From contig VBML01000030.1 of assembly GCA_005878915.1 (NCBI GenBank), positions 1 to 39,621 of the forward strand: 39,621 nucleotides of DNA, in the 5' to 3' direction. The notes below the pieces were generated by a model that did no database searches, was not told the origin of the DNA, and worked only from the letters and a program-made list of their open reading frames with translations. This DNA comes from Methanobacteriota archaeon. GTDB taxonomy: Archaea; Thermoplasmatota; Thermoplasmata; RBG-16-68-12. Positions 8,611 through 17,758 of the stretch are shown piece by piece; position 1 is the stretch's first letter; each line of letters starts with the position of its first letter. The position numbers and the translations under genes were made by a program.

Positions 8611-9669
8611 TCACGCGGAAGGCTCGACGGGCCGACTAAGATTCGTCGCCCTCTCGAGGTATCGGTTGTACGCGATGAGCGCAATCGACCTGGCGTATCC
8701 GCCCACCTGTGCGAGGTGCGTGTAGATCGTCCCGAGAGGGAGGATGCCCCTCGCGTCCTTCACGCCACGCATCACGAGCCGGACGAGCTCTCCCTGCTGC
8801 GCTTGGAGTTCCGCACACAGGCGAAGGGCTTCGTTCGCCTGCTTGAGGTCTCGGGAGAGGAGAGCCCCGAGAGCCTTCCCGTATGCCCGCCCGATGAGTT
8901 CTGCGGTCGCCTGGAGGGCCTTCAGGAGGGAGGCGGGCAGCGCGAGGTCCATCGCGATCACCTCCCGCACCTGTGACGCGATGGCGTAACAGTGATCCGC
9001 CGCCTCCTCGAGGTCCCGGGCGATCGCGCGATTCCCCGCGATCTCGAGACGGGAGCGCATCCCGAGCCGCTCGACGAGGGCCTCGTCCGTTTGCGCAAGC
9101 AGAATGAGTCGCAGGATGAGCCAGTACATCGTGTCCGCGTCGTCCTCCCGTTTCATCGCGTCCCCCGCGAGCGTCGCGTCCCCGTGAGCCAGCGCGTCGA
9201 ACGATTCCGTAAGCATCGTCGACGCGAGGTTGTAGAGCCTTTTCAGGAGGGTCTCGATCGGGTAGTTCGAGGGATCGATGGAGGCGTGCAGGGCGACGCG
9301 CTGCGGATTCTCTTCGATGATTCCGATGCCCATCAGCCGACGGACCGCCCGGCGGATCTCGTCCTGGTGATCGCTTCGGATTCGCTGGGTAGCCCGGATG
9401 AGGATTTTGTCTCGACCAAGGACGTAATTCCCCACGATGACACGCTCGAGCATCCCGGGTTCGTCGCACAGGTCCGCGTCGACGACGACCTCCGCGGTCC
9501 TTCGGGCCCGCTCCTCGGCGAGGGGTCCGGGGAGTAACAGTAGGGCCTCCCCCTCTTCGACCACGAACAGCTGGTCTCCCTTCTTCAGGTTCCGCTGCTC
9601 CACCCATTCCTTGGGGAGGGACACGGTGAGAGTCGCCGCGCCCACCTTCTGGATCTTCCGGGACTCCAT
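8611..9669 (-). CDS. phoU: Archaeal phosphate uptake regulator (AbrB/MazE N-terminus plus PhoU repeats)
   Basis: AbrB fold RKIQKVG..TLTVSLPKEW...LKKGD; PhoU motifs EDDADTMY and RDLEEAADH. ATG at 9669 preferred (ORF opens at 9702). Confidence 0.88.
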   Translation of the reverse strand: MESRKIQKVGAATLTVSLPKEWVEQRNLKKGDQLFVVEEGEALLLLPGPLAEERARRTAEVVVDADLCDEPGMLERVIVGNYVLGRDKILIRATQRIRSDHQDEIRRAVRRLMGIGIIEENPQRVALHASIDPSNYPIETLLKRLYNLASTMLTESFDALAHGDATLAGDAMKREDDADTMYWLILRLILLAQTDEALVERLGMRSRLEIAGNRAIARDLEEAADHCYAIASQVREVIAMDLALPASLLKALQATAELIGRAYGKALGALLSRDLKQANEALRLCAELQAQQGELVRLVMRGVKDARGILPLGTIYTHLAQVGGYARSIALIAYNRYLERATNLSRPVEPSA

Positions 9670-9735
9670 GGACTCGCCTCTTGACCGGTTTGTTTCGAGC
9701 ATGCGTCTTCTAACGATGAGTCGGTACTCGACCCC

Positions 9736-9786
9736 TGTATACCTTAAGAATATACTTGAATATACTGCTCTTTCATAATATATATT
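9736..9786. promoter_or_regulatory. AT-rich promoter/operator upstream of phoU with tandem GAATATACT repeats
   Basis: GAATATACT at 9748-9756 and 9758-9766, plus TGTATAC and AATATATATT nearby. Confidence 0.55.
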
Positions 9787-9880
9787 GCCTCACGCAAACG
9801 CGACCCTCGTGCCCGCGGTAACCCCCTTTCGCTCCCTTTCTTATACGAGCGACCCCTTCGGCCTGCGGGGATCGGAGGGC

Positions 9881-10615
9881 ATGACAGAAATCGCGTTTCG
9901 GACCTTCAAGGAGGTCAACCTCGCGGGGGGCACCGTCATCGAGGCGATCCCGTCCGTCGGCCTCGTCAGCACGATCGCGGCGACGTACATGATTACGACC
10001 CTTCCCACGGACCAAGTATGCGCGATCGATTCGGATGAGTTCCCTCCGCTCTCGATGGTGTACGCGTTCAAACCCAAGTTCCCCGTCCGGATCTACGCCA
10101 TGGCCGACACGAAGCTCGCCATCTTCATCGCCGAGGTCCCGCTCCCGCCCCGCGTCCACCGGGCGTTGGCCTTGGAGCTCCTCAAGTGGGCGACGGCGCA
10201 CCACTGCCGCCAGATCGTCTCCCTCGAGGGCCTCCCGTTGCCGGCCGCGGACCCGCCAAAGGACATTGAGGTGTGGGGCGTGGGATCGACGGACTCCGCC
10301 CGCAAGACCTTAGAAACGGCGGGGATCCGGCAGCTCGAGACGGGAATGGTCTCAGGCGTTTCCGGCGTCCTGCTGAACGAGGGACGGTGGCAGTTCTATG
10401 ATGTGATTACTCTTCTGGCGGAGGCCCAACCCGCGATTCCTGACGCGAATGCGGCGGCGCGGCTGCTCGAGACCGTCGACATCCTCCTCCCGGAGGTCAA
10501 GCTCGACCTCCAGCCTCTAAAGGAGCAGGCCAAGGCACTGGAATTTCACCTGAAACAGCTGCGCGACGAAGCAAGGCCGGCGATTTCAGATACCTCGGCG
10601 GGGATGTTCCGGTAG
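9881..10615 (+). CDS. Proteasome assembly chaperone family (PAC2) protein
   Basis: Motifs PSVGLVSTIAATY, FPP...P.FPVRIY, GVSGVLL and PDANAAARL. GGAGG precedes ATG 9881; TTATA at 9841. Confidence 0.9.
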   Translation: MTEIAFRTFKEVNLAGGTVIEAIPSVGLVSTIAATYMITTLPTDQVCAIDSDEFPPLSMVYAFKPKFPVRIYAMADTKLAIFIAEVPLPPRVHRALALELLKWATAHHCRQIVSLEGLPLPAADPPKDIEVWGVGSTDSARKTLETAGIRQLETGMVSGVSGVLLNEGRWQFYDVITLLAEAQPAIPDANAAARLLETVDILLPEVKLDLQPLKEQAKALEFHLKQLRDEARPAISDTSAGMFR

Positions 10616-11260
10616 GCGCCCTCCGGGAACCGTTGGGGGCAGGCGCCCCATGGACCCTTTCGTCGCACCCGCCTTCAGCCGGAGGTACCGATCCTTGTAG
10701 AGCTTCTCGCACGACGTGCAACATAGATAATGTGTGCGTCCGTCCATCTTCCAGCGAACCGGGTCGCCCTCGATGACTCGCCCGCACTCGAAACATTGGA
10801 GGATGGCGATGAGCCCTTCGGACACCAGAGCCCGCGGCGCGTCCTTGAATCCTTTCTGGGCGACGTGATGCTCCACCGAGCGAACCCCCGGGAGTCCCCG
10901 TGCCTTCCTGACGAACTGTGAGATCAGGCCGGGCGCCGACAAGAACGCCTCTGCAATAATCCGCGATCCCTCTGTCCGGATCGTCCATCGGACCTCGTTG
11001 AGGGCGGAAAGGGCAGCCCCCACGCTATCCTCGGTTCCCCGCACACACCGCAACAGCAGGACGACGCGGGTTTGGCGGAGCCTGTTAGCGTCCACAACCG
11101 CGCGGTACGCCGTCAACACGCCGATCTGCTCCAGGTTCGCCACCCGGGCGCTCACCGTGGGTACGCTCACGCCGACTCTGCGAGCAAGTTGCCGATACGA
11201 CAGGCGAGCGTCCTCCTGCAGCGCGCGAAGAATTTCGACGTCCGTCCGGTCGAGCTTCAC
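10586..11260 (-). CDS. copR: Lrp/AsnC-family regulator with C-terminal TRASH domain (archaeal CopR/CopT-like)
   Basis: Asn[24 protein letters not shown]; TRASH motif CFECG...YLCCTSC; divergent from copA. Confidence 0.82.
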   Translation of the reverse strand: MKLDRTDVEILRALQEDARLSYRQLARRVGVSVPTVSARVANLEQIGVLTAYRAVVDANRLRQTRVVLLLRCVRGTEDSVGAALSALNEVRWTIRTEGSRIIAEAFLSAPGLISQFVRKARGLPGVRSVEHHVAQKGFKDAPRALVSEGLIAILQCFECGRVIEGDPVRWKMDGRTHYLCCTSCEKLYKDRYLRLKAGATKGSMGRLPPTVPGGRLPEHPRRGI

Positions 11261-11292
11261 GGATCAACGACGCTGCTCGGCCTCATAAGACT

Positions 11293-11304
11293 TTACAAAT
11301 GTAA
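11293..11304. promoter_or_regulatory. Palindromic operator TTACA-AA-TGTAA between copR and copA
   Basis: Perfect inverted repeat in the 84-bp divergent intergenic region, next to minus-strand CTTATGA (copR TATA candidate). Confidence 0.7.
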
Positions 11305-11344
11305 GGCGATTGTCGGATGGCCTCCCTCCGACTCTCGGTTCGCG

Positions 11345-13510
11345 ATGGCAGTAGACCCGGTCTGCGGGATGTACGTCGATGAGGCGACTTCCACCCTGAA
11401 TGCCATCGTCCGCGGGAGGAAGTACTACTTCTGCTCGACGACGTGCTTGGAGACGTTCCTTGAACCGGAGAAGGAGCTGAACCGGCTACGCTTCCTCGTC
11501 CTTTTCTCCTTCGGCCTCGGGATCCCCGCCTTCGTCCTCTCGCTCGCCATGGAGCTTCGGCCAGTGCCGGAGGCGTGGATGCTCCCGCTCACCTTCGCCG
11601 TCTTCCTCATGGCGACGCCCGTCCAGTTCTGGCCCGGCTGGCGATTCTACCGGGGAACGAGGGACGCGATCAAGAACCGGAGCGCGAACATGGACGTCCT
11701 GATTGCTTTGGGGACGACCGCCGCCTGGGGGTACAGCACAATCATAGTAGCCGCCTTGCTCCTCGGTGTGCCGAACGTCGACCCCTCGACCTACTACGAT
11801 ACGGCGGCAATCATCATCGCCCTCATCCTTCTTGGAAAGTACTTTGAAGAAGTCGCGAAGGGCCGAGCCTCCGAGGCCTTGCGCAAGCTGATGGACCTCC
11901 AGCCCCGGACCGCGAAGGTCCTGCGGGATGGGAAGGAAGAGGACATTCCCGTCGAGCTCGTGCAGGTCGATGACCTCGTCGTCGTCCGGCCAGGAGAGCG
12001 GATTCCCGTCGATGGTGTGATCGCGGCGGGATTCTCAGCGGTCGACGAGTCGATGATCACAGGGGAGTCGATTCCCGTGGAAAAGAACGTCGGGGACCCC
12101 GCCATCGGCGCGACGATCAACAAGTCGGGGCTGCTGACGATTCGTGCGACGAAGGTCGGGAAGGACACGGCGCTCTCGCAGATCATCCAACTCGTGGAGG
12201 CCGCTCAGGTCTCCCGCGCGCCGATCCAACGTCTGGCGGACCGGGTCGCCTCCGTGTTCGTTCCCGCCGTCATCCTTTCTGCGGTCGGCGCCGCCGCGTA
12301 TTGGTACTTCCTTGGCTTCTCGGCCCTGACGTCTGTCCTCCAGACATACCACCTCGACACCCCGATCACCGCGTCCCTGTTCGTGTTCGTCGCAGTCATC
12401 ATCATTGCGTGTCCTTGCGCCCTCGGGATTGCGACCCCGACCGCCATCATGGTCGGGACAGGAAAGGGAGCGGAAAACGGGCTCCTAATCAAGGGCGGGG
12501 AATACCTCGAGAAAGCCCAGCGTCTCACGGCGATCGTGTTCGACAAGACGGGCACCCTAACGAAGGGACGGCCCTCTGTGACGGACGTTGTTGAGGTCGG
12601 GGGGACCAGGGAGGAGCGCGTCCTCGAGCTCGCGGCCTCCGCGGAGAAGGGGTCCGAGCACCCACTCGGGGAGGCGATCGTTCGGCGGGCCCTCGCCGCC
12701 GGACACGCGCCGTCGAACCCCGTGGATTTCGAGGCCGTTCCCGGCCAAGGCGTGCGCGCGCGGGTCTCGGGATCCGCCGTCCTCCTGGGAAACCGGAGGC
12801 TCATGGCGCAAGCGGACGTTCCCACGGATCCGGTGGAGCCTATCCTCGCCCGCCTCGAGAGCGAGGGGAAGACCGCCATGCTTCTCGCCGTCGACGGGAG
12901 CCTCGCGGGGATCATCGCCGTCGCGGACACACCGAAGGAACATTCCGCGGAGGCGATCGCTTCTCTAAAGCGGATGGGGCTCGAGGTCGTCATGCTGACC
13001 GGGGACAACCGGCGGACCGCGGAGTCTGTCGCCCGCCAGCTTGGTATCGACAATGTGATCGCGGAGGTCCTCCCCGGTCAGAAGGCGGAGAAAATCCGCG
13101 AACTCCAACGCGCGGGAAAGGTCACCGCCATGGTCGGGGACGGGATCAACGATGCGCCCGCCCTCGCGCAGGCGGATGTCGGGATCGCCCTAGGGAGTGG
13201 GACGGACGTCGCGATGGAGGCGGGTGGGATCGTGCTGATTAAGGACGACCTGCGGGATGTCGTCGCTTCCATCCAGCTGAGCAAGAGCACGGTGAAGAAG
13301 ATCCGATCGAACCTGTTCTGGGCGTTCTTCTACAATGTCGCATTGATCCCCGTTGCGGCGGGCGTGCTCGCTGGGTTCGGGATTCTGCTCGACCCGATTC
13401 TCGCGGGGGCCGCGATGGGGTTCAGCTCCGTCTCTGTCGTAACGAACTCCCTCACGCTGAAGAGGTTCCGGATCTCCTCGCGGTCGTCGCGACGAGCCTC
13501 GCGGCCCTAG
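11345..13510 (+). CDS. copA: Copper-translocating P1B-type ATPase with N-terminal YHS/TRASH domain
   Basis: N-terminal DPVCGM...YYFCSTTC; motifs TGES, CPC, DKTGT, SEHP, TGDN and GDGIND; TM motifs YN and MxxSS indicate Cu(I) subtype P1B-1. Likely start is ATG 11345, not 11072. Confidence 0.95.
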   Translation: MAVDPVCGMYVDEATSTLNAIVRGRKYYFCSTTCLETFLEPEKELNRLRFLVLFSFGLGIPAFVLSLAMELRPVPEAWMLPLTFAVFLMATPVQFWPGWRFYRGTRDAIKNRSANMDVLIALGTTAAWGYSTIIVAALLLGVPNVDPSTYYDTAAIIIALILLGKYFEEVAKGRASEALRKLMDLQPRTAKVLRDGKEEDIPVELVQVDDLVVVRPGERIPVDGVIAAGFSAVDESMITGESIPVEKNVGDPAIGATINKSGLLTIRATKVGKDTALSQIIQLVEAAQVSRAPIQRLADRVASVFVPAVILSAVGAAAYWYFLGFSALTSVLQTYHLDTPITASLFVFVAVIIIACPCALGIATPTAIMVGTGKGAENGLLIKGGEYLEKAQRLTAIVFDKTGTLTKGRPSVTDVVEVGGTREERVLELAASAEKGSEHPLGEAIVRRALAAGHAPSNPVDFEAVPGQGVRARVSGSAVLLGNRRLMAQADVPTDPVEPILARLESEGKTAMLLAVDGSLAGIIAVADTPKEHSAEAIASLKRMGLEVVMLTGDNRRTAESVARQLGIDNVIAEVLPGQKAEKIRELQRAGKVTAMVGDGINDAPALAQADVGIALGSGTDVAMEAGGIVLIKDDLRDVVASIQLSKSTVKKIRSNLFWAFFYNVALIPVAAGVLAGFGILLDPILAGAAMGFSSVSVVTNSLTLKRFRISSRSSRRASRP

Positions 13511-13590
13511 CGGTCGCCGCCGCCTCGGACGTCGGCCCCCTTCGATTTGTCCTCGGCTTCGCCCTCGTCCTATTCCTCCCTGGCTACTCG

Positions 13591-14346
13591 ATGGTCGCCG
13601 CTGTCTTCCCGAGGAACGGCGAGGTGGGGTGGATCGAGCGCGCCGCTCTGAGCTTCGGCCTTAGCATCGCGACCGTGCCCCTCGTTGGTCTCCTCTTGGA
13701 CGCCTCCCCCTGGGGGGTCCGCCTTGAATCTGCCGTCGCCGCGCTCTTGGTTGTCACGCTCGGGACTACCGCGGTCGCGTACTGGCGTCGAGTCCGTGTG
13801 CCCCCGGAAGAGCGGCTCGCCCTTTCCCTGGAGTTCGCCCCGCCAAGATGGCGCGGGCTCTCACCCTTCGACAAGGCTCTTACGATTGGCGTCATCGTCT
13901 CGCTCTCCCTCGCCGCCGGTGGCCTCGCGTACGCGCACGGGACGCCGCCCGCCCGAGCCGGCTTCACGGAATTCTACCTCTTGGCCCCCAACGGAGGAAT
14001 CAATCCGGAGGACTATCCGCTGCGGGTCAACGCGAGCGAACCAGCGGCCGTAATCATCGGAATCGCGAACCACGAGAATCGGGAGATGAACTACACGGTC
14101 TCGATCCAACTCGTGAACGTTCAGTACGTGTACAACGGAACGACGAAGAGGAACGACACCGTCGAGCTTGGCAACGCGACCCTAGACGTGCTGCAGGTGA
14201 CCGTGCCAAACGCCGAGCGATGGGAATCCCGGTACGGATTTCGGATTCCGAGTCCCGGGGAGTACCAACTGCGGTTTCTTCTCTTCACATCCCCGCCCCA
14301 GGGGCTCCCCTATCGCTTTGTCCAGCTACGCATCCACGTCGACTAG
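13591..14346 (+). CDS. DUF1616-type archaeal membrane protein (5' end appears lost)
   Basis: Motifs LFLPGY..AAVFP, IERAALSFGLSIA, FTEFYLL, YP and IGIANHE. Family-like sequence continues upstream in frame to about 13468 with no start codon. Confidence 0.85.
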   Translation: MVAAVFPRNGEVGWIERAALSFGLSIATVPLVGLLLDASPWGVRLESAVAALLVVTLGTTAVAYWRRVRVPPEERLALSLEFAPPRWRGLSPFDKALTIGVIVSLSLAAGGLAYAHGTPPARAGFTEFYLLAPNGGINPEDYPLRVNASEPAAVIIGIANHENREMNYTVSIQLVNVQYVYNGTTKRNDTVELGNATLDVLQVTVPNAERWESRYGFRIPSPGEYQLRFLLFTSPPQGLPYRFVQLRIHVD

Positions 14347-14880
14347 ATATCACCTACACCGTGACCGCTGAGGCGGCGATGGGAATCCCGAACCCGACTG
14401 CCGATGCCGCCTCACAATCGGCGAAAGACAAACGCCTGGCGCGGGGGACTGCCCAGAACACTCTACACTTGACGAGCGCCCCAGCTCCCGAAATCATTGT
14501 CGGGCGGCCCCAAGCGAGGCGGTGCACGTCTAACCGTTGGTCGCCAGACGTAAACATAGGTGCCTTTTCTGTCCTCGGACATGGCAGGCCCGGAGGTGAA
14601 CGACAAGCACGCTCTGTGAAACGGGCCGATGGGGCGCCGACGGGCCGGCGACTCTGGGCCCCGACGCCCCGCTTCGGCAATCAAAATCGCCCCCCTGCAG
14701 CCGAATCTCCCCTCGTTGCATTCTGCTCGGCAGTCACCAAGGTTTAGCGCATCGGCGAACGGGATCCGATGCTAGCGGTCACCCGAGCCTAGGCCCGAAG
14801 AACACATTCGGGCACACGAGAGCACAGGCGCGTGAAATACCCTCCAGGGAATCCCCCACTGTGGGTCGCGGGTGATCTAG

Positions 14881-15423
14881 ATGCTGAAAATTGAGAAAGG
14901 GCCGAGCTCAGACATGCCCTTGCCTCCAGAACTGGAGAAGCTCCTACATCGTGAAACCCTCCTCGTCCTCGTCAAGGGGGAGACCGGCACCGGGAAGACG
15001 ACCGCGGCGCTCGAACTCATGGCCCGCCTCCAGTCGGCAGGGGATACCGTCCACCTGTCCACTCGAACGTACCCCGACAAGCTCGCGTACCAACACGCCC
15101 TATTCTCGAAGCTCGCGGGCCGCAAGAACGTCCATTTCTTCTCCAGCCTCGAGTTCGATCCGACGCAGTTCCTCGTCGCTCACAACGTTGTGTCTGGGCT
15201 GTATCGCCTCCTGTCGACGATGGACCGTCCCCTCCTCGTCCTCGATTCGTGGGAGGGGATCGCGGACTACGTGCCCCCCGAGGCCCGGATGAAGGTGGAG
15301 GCGTCCCTAATGGCCGTCCTTGAGGACGCCCGCGCTCGGATGATCCTCGTGAGCGAGCGCCCGGATCACCCTCGAAGGCGGCCGGTTCCGGTACCTCGAA
15401 CCATTCGCCTTCACGCTCCCTGA
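14881..15423 (+). CDS. GvpD-like/KaiC-like P-loop ATPase, N-terminal part (frame-disrupted)
   Basis: LPPEL, Walker A GETGTGKT, LSTR, Walker B LVLDSW and ILVSE. The last about 19 aa look out of frame. Start may be 14914. Confidence 0.75.
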   Translation: MLKIEKGPSSDMPLPPELEKLLHRETLLVLVKGETGTGKTTAALELMARLQSAGDTVHLSTRTYPDKLAYQHALFSKLAGRKNVHFFSSLEFDPTQFLVAHNVVSGLYRLLSTMDRPLLVLDSWEGIADYVPPEARMKVEASLMAVLEDARARMILVSERPDHPRRRPVPVPRTIRLHAP

Positions 15424-15433
15424 GCGCACGTCC

Positions 15434-16273
15434 ATGTTTCGTCCCCTGGCGAATACACCGACCCACATGTCCACGGGAAGCCGGGACATCGACGCCCTTT
15501 TGGGGGGCGGAGTCCCTCGGGGTTCCACGGTCCTCTTCGAGATCCGCGGGGACGTCCCGTTCGACGCGCAGGTGTACGTACCCGTCACGGCCCTCTTGAA
15601 CTTCCTTGCGACGAACAATGCTGTAATGGCGTTCCTCTACAGCGACTACGACCCGACGCGGGCACGTCTTTTCGCCACGCAGTTCATGCCTGAGGATGTG
15701 TACGATGCGAATATGCGAGTGTTCACGACGGACCGAGTCGAGGACCCCGTCGCCATCAAGTTCTCCCTGAACCCGAAGGAGGACTTCGACAAGTGGCTGG
15801 ACACATACAGCGCGTACAAGAAGGAAGGAAAGACGATCTGGATGTTGATGGCCCTGGATACCGTCGAGAACTTCTACGGGCAGGGAGTCATGAACTTCCT
15901 TGCGACCGTCGCAGCCCGAGCCGCCGTGAACAAGGACATCCAGTCGATCGTCGCGCGGCCGAATCTGGAGCTCACTCAGAAGGTCGCGAACATCTCCCAG
16001 ATTCACCTCGTCCTGAGCCAGCGGTGGGGCACCCTGATCCTTTACGGAGTGAAGCCGAGGACAGGATTCTACGCGCTCCAGTTCACGTTCGGCCACGGGT
16101 ACCCGGAGTTCGAGCTCATCCCGCTCGATGATATCTCTTTGAGCAAGGAGGTCCTTGCGGAGAAGGAACGACCCCCGCTTGTGTCGTTCGCGGACCGACG
16201 CCATGAGGCCCGCGAAGACTTCTTCGAGGCCGTGATGACCTCCCTGATTCGATCAAGAAAAGGGGGCACGTAA
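15434..16273 (+). CDS. GvpD-like protein, C-terminal degenerate KaiC-like domain
   Basis: STGSRDIDALLGGGVPRGSTVLFE with no intact Walker A; HLVL...LILYGVKPRT. The frame is open upstream of the ATG (ITLEGGRFRYLEP), so it is probably one gene with the preceding ORF. Confidence 0.72.
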   Translation: MFRPLANTPTHMSTGSRDIDALLGGGVPRGSTVLFEIRGDVPFDAQVYVPVTALLNFLATNNAVMAFLYSDYDPTRARLFATQFMPEDVYDANMRVFTTDRVEDPVAIKFSLNPKEDFDKWLDTYSAYKKEGKTIWMLMALDTVENFYGQGVMNFLATVAARAAVNKDIQSIVARPNLELTQKVANISQIHLVLSQRWGTLILYGVKPRTGFYALQFTFGHGYPEFELIPLDDISLSKEVLAEKERPPLVSFADRRHEAREDFFEAVMTSLIRSRKGGT

Positions 16274-17010
16274 TGGAGGACAAGGTAATGACCAAGGTAA
16301 TCGCGGACTCAGACGGGCGTACGTCAACAGGGATTCCGGGGCTTGACGGCATGCTCGAGGGGGGCTTTCCGAACGGGAGCTTGATCACCCTCGCGGGTCG
16401 CCCGGGGACGGGGAAGACGATTTTCGGATCCCAATTCCTGTATTACGGCGCGGTGGAGGAGAAGCAGCCCGGGATGTACGTCTCCATGCTCGAGGGCCGC
16501 AGGGCGTACCTCCGGAACACGGCCCGGCTCGGCCTCGACATTCCGCCGCTCGAAAAGAAGGGACTCTTCCGGTTCCTCGAGATGCCGACGTTGACCGCGG
16601 AAGGGCTACCCACGATCTGGGAAGAAATCGTCCGGAACATCGAGGAGATGGACATCGTCCGCCTCGTGATCGACTCGTACACCGCGATGGCCCAGGCCTT
16701 CGAGACCCCGGGCGACATCCGGGTCTTCACCCACATGCTCCTCGGAAAAATCGTCGGGTCGGCGGGGTGCACGACGTTGATGATCACGGAAACTCCGCCA
16801 CAGGATGGCCACCCGGGCCTGGGGATGCACGAGTTCATCGCGGACGGCGTCCTCCATTTCCACCTCGTCCCCGTAGCAGGGGACGCCCGAGTCCGATACA
16901 TCGAGATCACGAAGATGCGAGGCACGAGCCACCAGATGGGACCGATTCCGATCGAGATCGGGCGAAACGGGATCACGGTCCGATCTCCGCACATTCCCGG
17001 TCGGAGATAG
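16273..17010 (+). CDS. Single-domain KaiC/RAD55-like ATPase
   Basis: STGIPGLDGMLEGG, Walker A GRPGTGKT, Walker B RLVIDS, EFIADGV and KMRG. TAATG coupling to the upstream gene. Confidence 0.92.
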   Translation: MEDKVMTKVIADSDGRTSTGIPGLDGMLEGGFPNGSLITLAGRPGTGKTIFGSQFLYYGAVEEKQPGMYVSMLEGRRAYLRNTARLGLDIPPLEKKGLFRFLEMPTLTAEGLPTIWEEIVRNIEEMDIVRLVIDSYTAMAQAFETPGDIRVFTHMLLGKIVGSAGCTTLMITETPPQDGHPGLGMHEFIADGVLHFHLVPVAGDARVRYIEITKMRGTSHQMGPIPIEIGRNGITVRSPHIPGRR

Positions 17011-17033
17011 GGACGTGAGCGGGCGGAAGCGAG

Positions 17034-17282
17034 ATGCCACACCTTGCCGCTAAGCTGGGCCTGAAGAGTGACGAGAGCTTCCAGAAGGCGTACTGGAAGT
17101 ACTTCGAGGAGTTCTTCGGAAAGCAGAATTCGGCGGTCGTGAAGGCGATGCTTCTCGCGAAGAACGACAAGGCGGACACTGGGGCCGAAGAGATTGATCG
17201 AGTGTGCTTCGGCTTGCGGCAATCCATGGGGTGGCTCGCGGAAGCCATTGAACGGAAGGCGCTCGACGTCGCTCATCACTAG
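17034..17282 (+). CDS. Small helical hypothetical protein (resembles DUF3227/NitrOD5-type proteins)
   Basis: 82 aa, co-oriented 23 bp after the KaiC-like gene. Pattern FFG...AVV...L ... LR..MG..AEAIERKAL; the family match is from memory only. Confidence 0.65.
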   Translation: MPHLAAKLGLKSDESFQKAYWKYFEEFFGKQNSAVVKAMLLAKNDKADTGAEEIDRVCFGLRQSMGWLAEAIERKALDVAHH

Positions 17283-17722
17283 CGGGGACCGGTGAGGGAC
17301 CACTTCGCCCCCGAGCCGTGTTTGAGGATCACCGTCCACTTGCCATCCTTGGCGTGCTCCTCATATTCGAAGGCCCGCCCGTACCGGGAGGTGAGGCGGG
17401 GGAACCCGACGACCATGGACTGTAGGCTGACCTCCTTGAACCAGAACGTCATGAATTCCGGGAGTAGGTTCTTCCCGACCCACCGGCCGAGTTCCGCGGC
17501 CTCTTCGTTCGTAAGGTGATCCATCAACCGCTCGACGAGGGAGGAGGGCAGGGCCACGAGGCCGAACTTGTCCGCGTAAATGTCCCACTCCACGAGCCTT
17601 CGGATCGCTTTGTTCACGAGGAGATTGACGCTGACCCCTTCTCGGTCCCCGAACTTCCGGAGGAATTCGTCGACATCCCGCTCGAGGCGAATCGTCCGGG
17701 TCACGCTGTTGCTCGGTGGCAC
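17279..17722 (-). CDS. Ribbon-helix-helix-containing protein, paralog 2 (about 33 aa shorter)
   Basis: N-terminal SVTRTIRLERDVDEFL...GVSVNLLVNKAIRR (RHH pattern). Colinear with the adjacent paralog until KWS. Confidence 0.75.
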   Translation of the reverse strand: MPPSNSVTRTIRLERDVDEFLRKFGDREGVSVNLLVNKAIRRLVEWDIYADKFGLVALPSSLVERLMDHLTNEEAAELGRWVGKNLLPEFMTFWFKEVSLQSMVVGFPRLTSRYGRAFEYEEHAKDGKWTVILKHGSGAKWSLTGPR

Positions 17723-17758
17723 GGGTGCGTCCGATATTGGACGTACTGCGGATGCTAC

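Noticed and set aside
11072-11344. N-terminal extension of CopA in the ORF track (similarly 18305-18904, 29449-29874 and 30367-30780 for other genes)
   Set aside because: The extensions overlap neighbouring genes and promoters; homology starts at the downstream ATG.
14580-14610. CAGGCCCGGAGG resembling SRP RNA helix 8
   Set aside because: It lacks the GGAA tetraloop/GAGCA context, and no Alu domain or long helix 5 is visible.
14354-14747. ORFs 14354-14680 (-), 13848-14747 (+) and other small ORFs in the gap
   Set aside because: Arg/Pro/Ala-rich, no motifs, no clear promoter; typical GC-rich spurious frames.
14881-16273. Gas vesicle cluster or circadian clock
   Set aside because: No gvpA or other gvp genes and no kaiA/kaiB in the window; the KaiC-like protein is single-domain without the S/T phosphosites.
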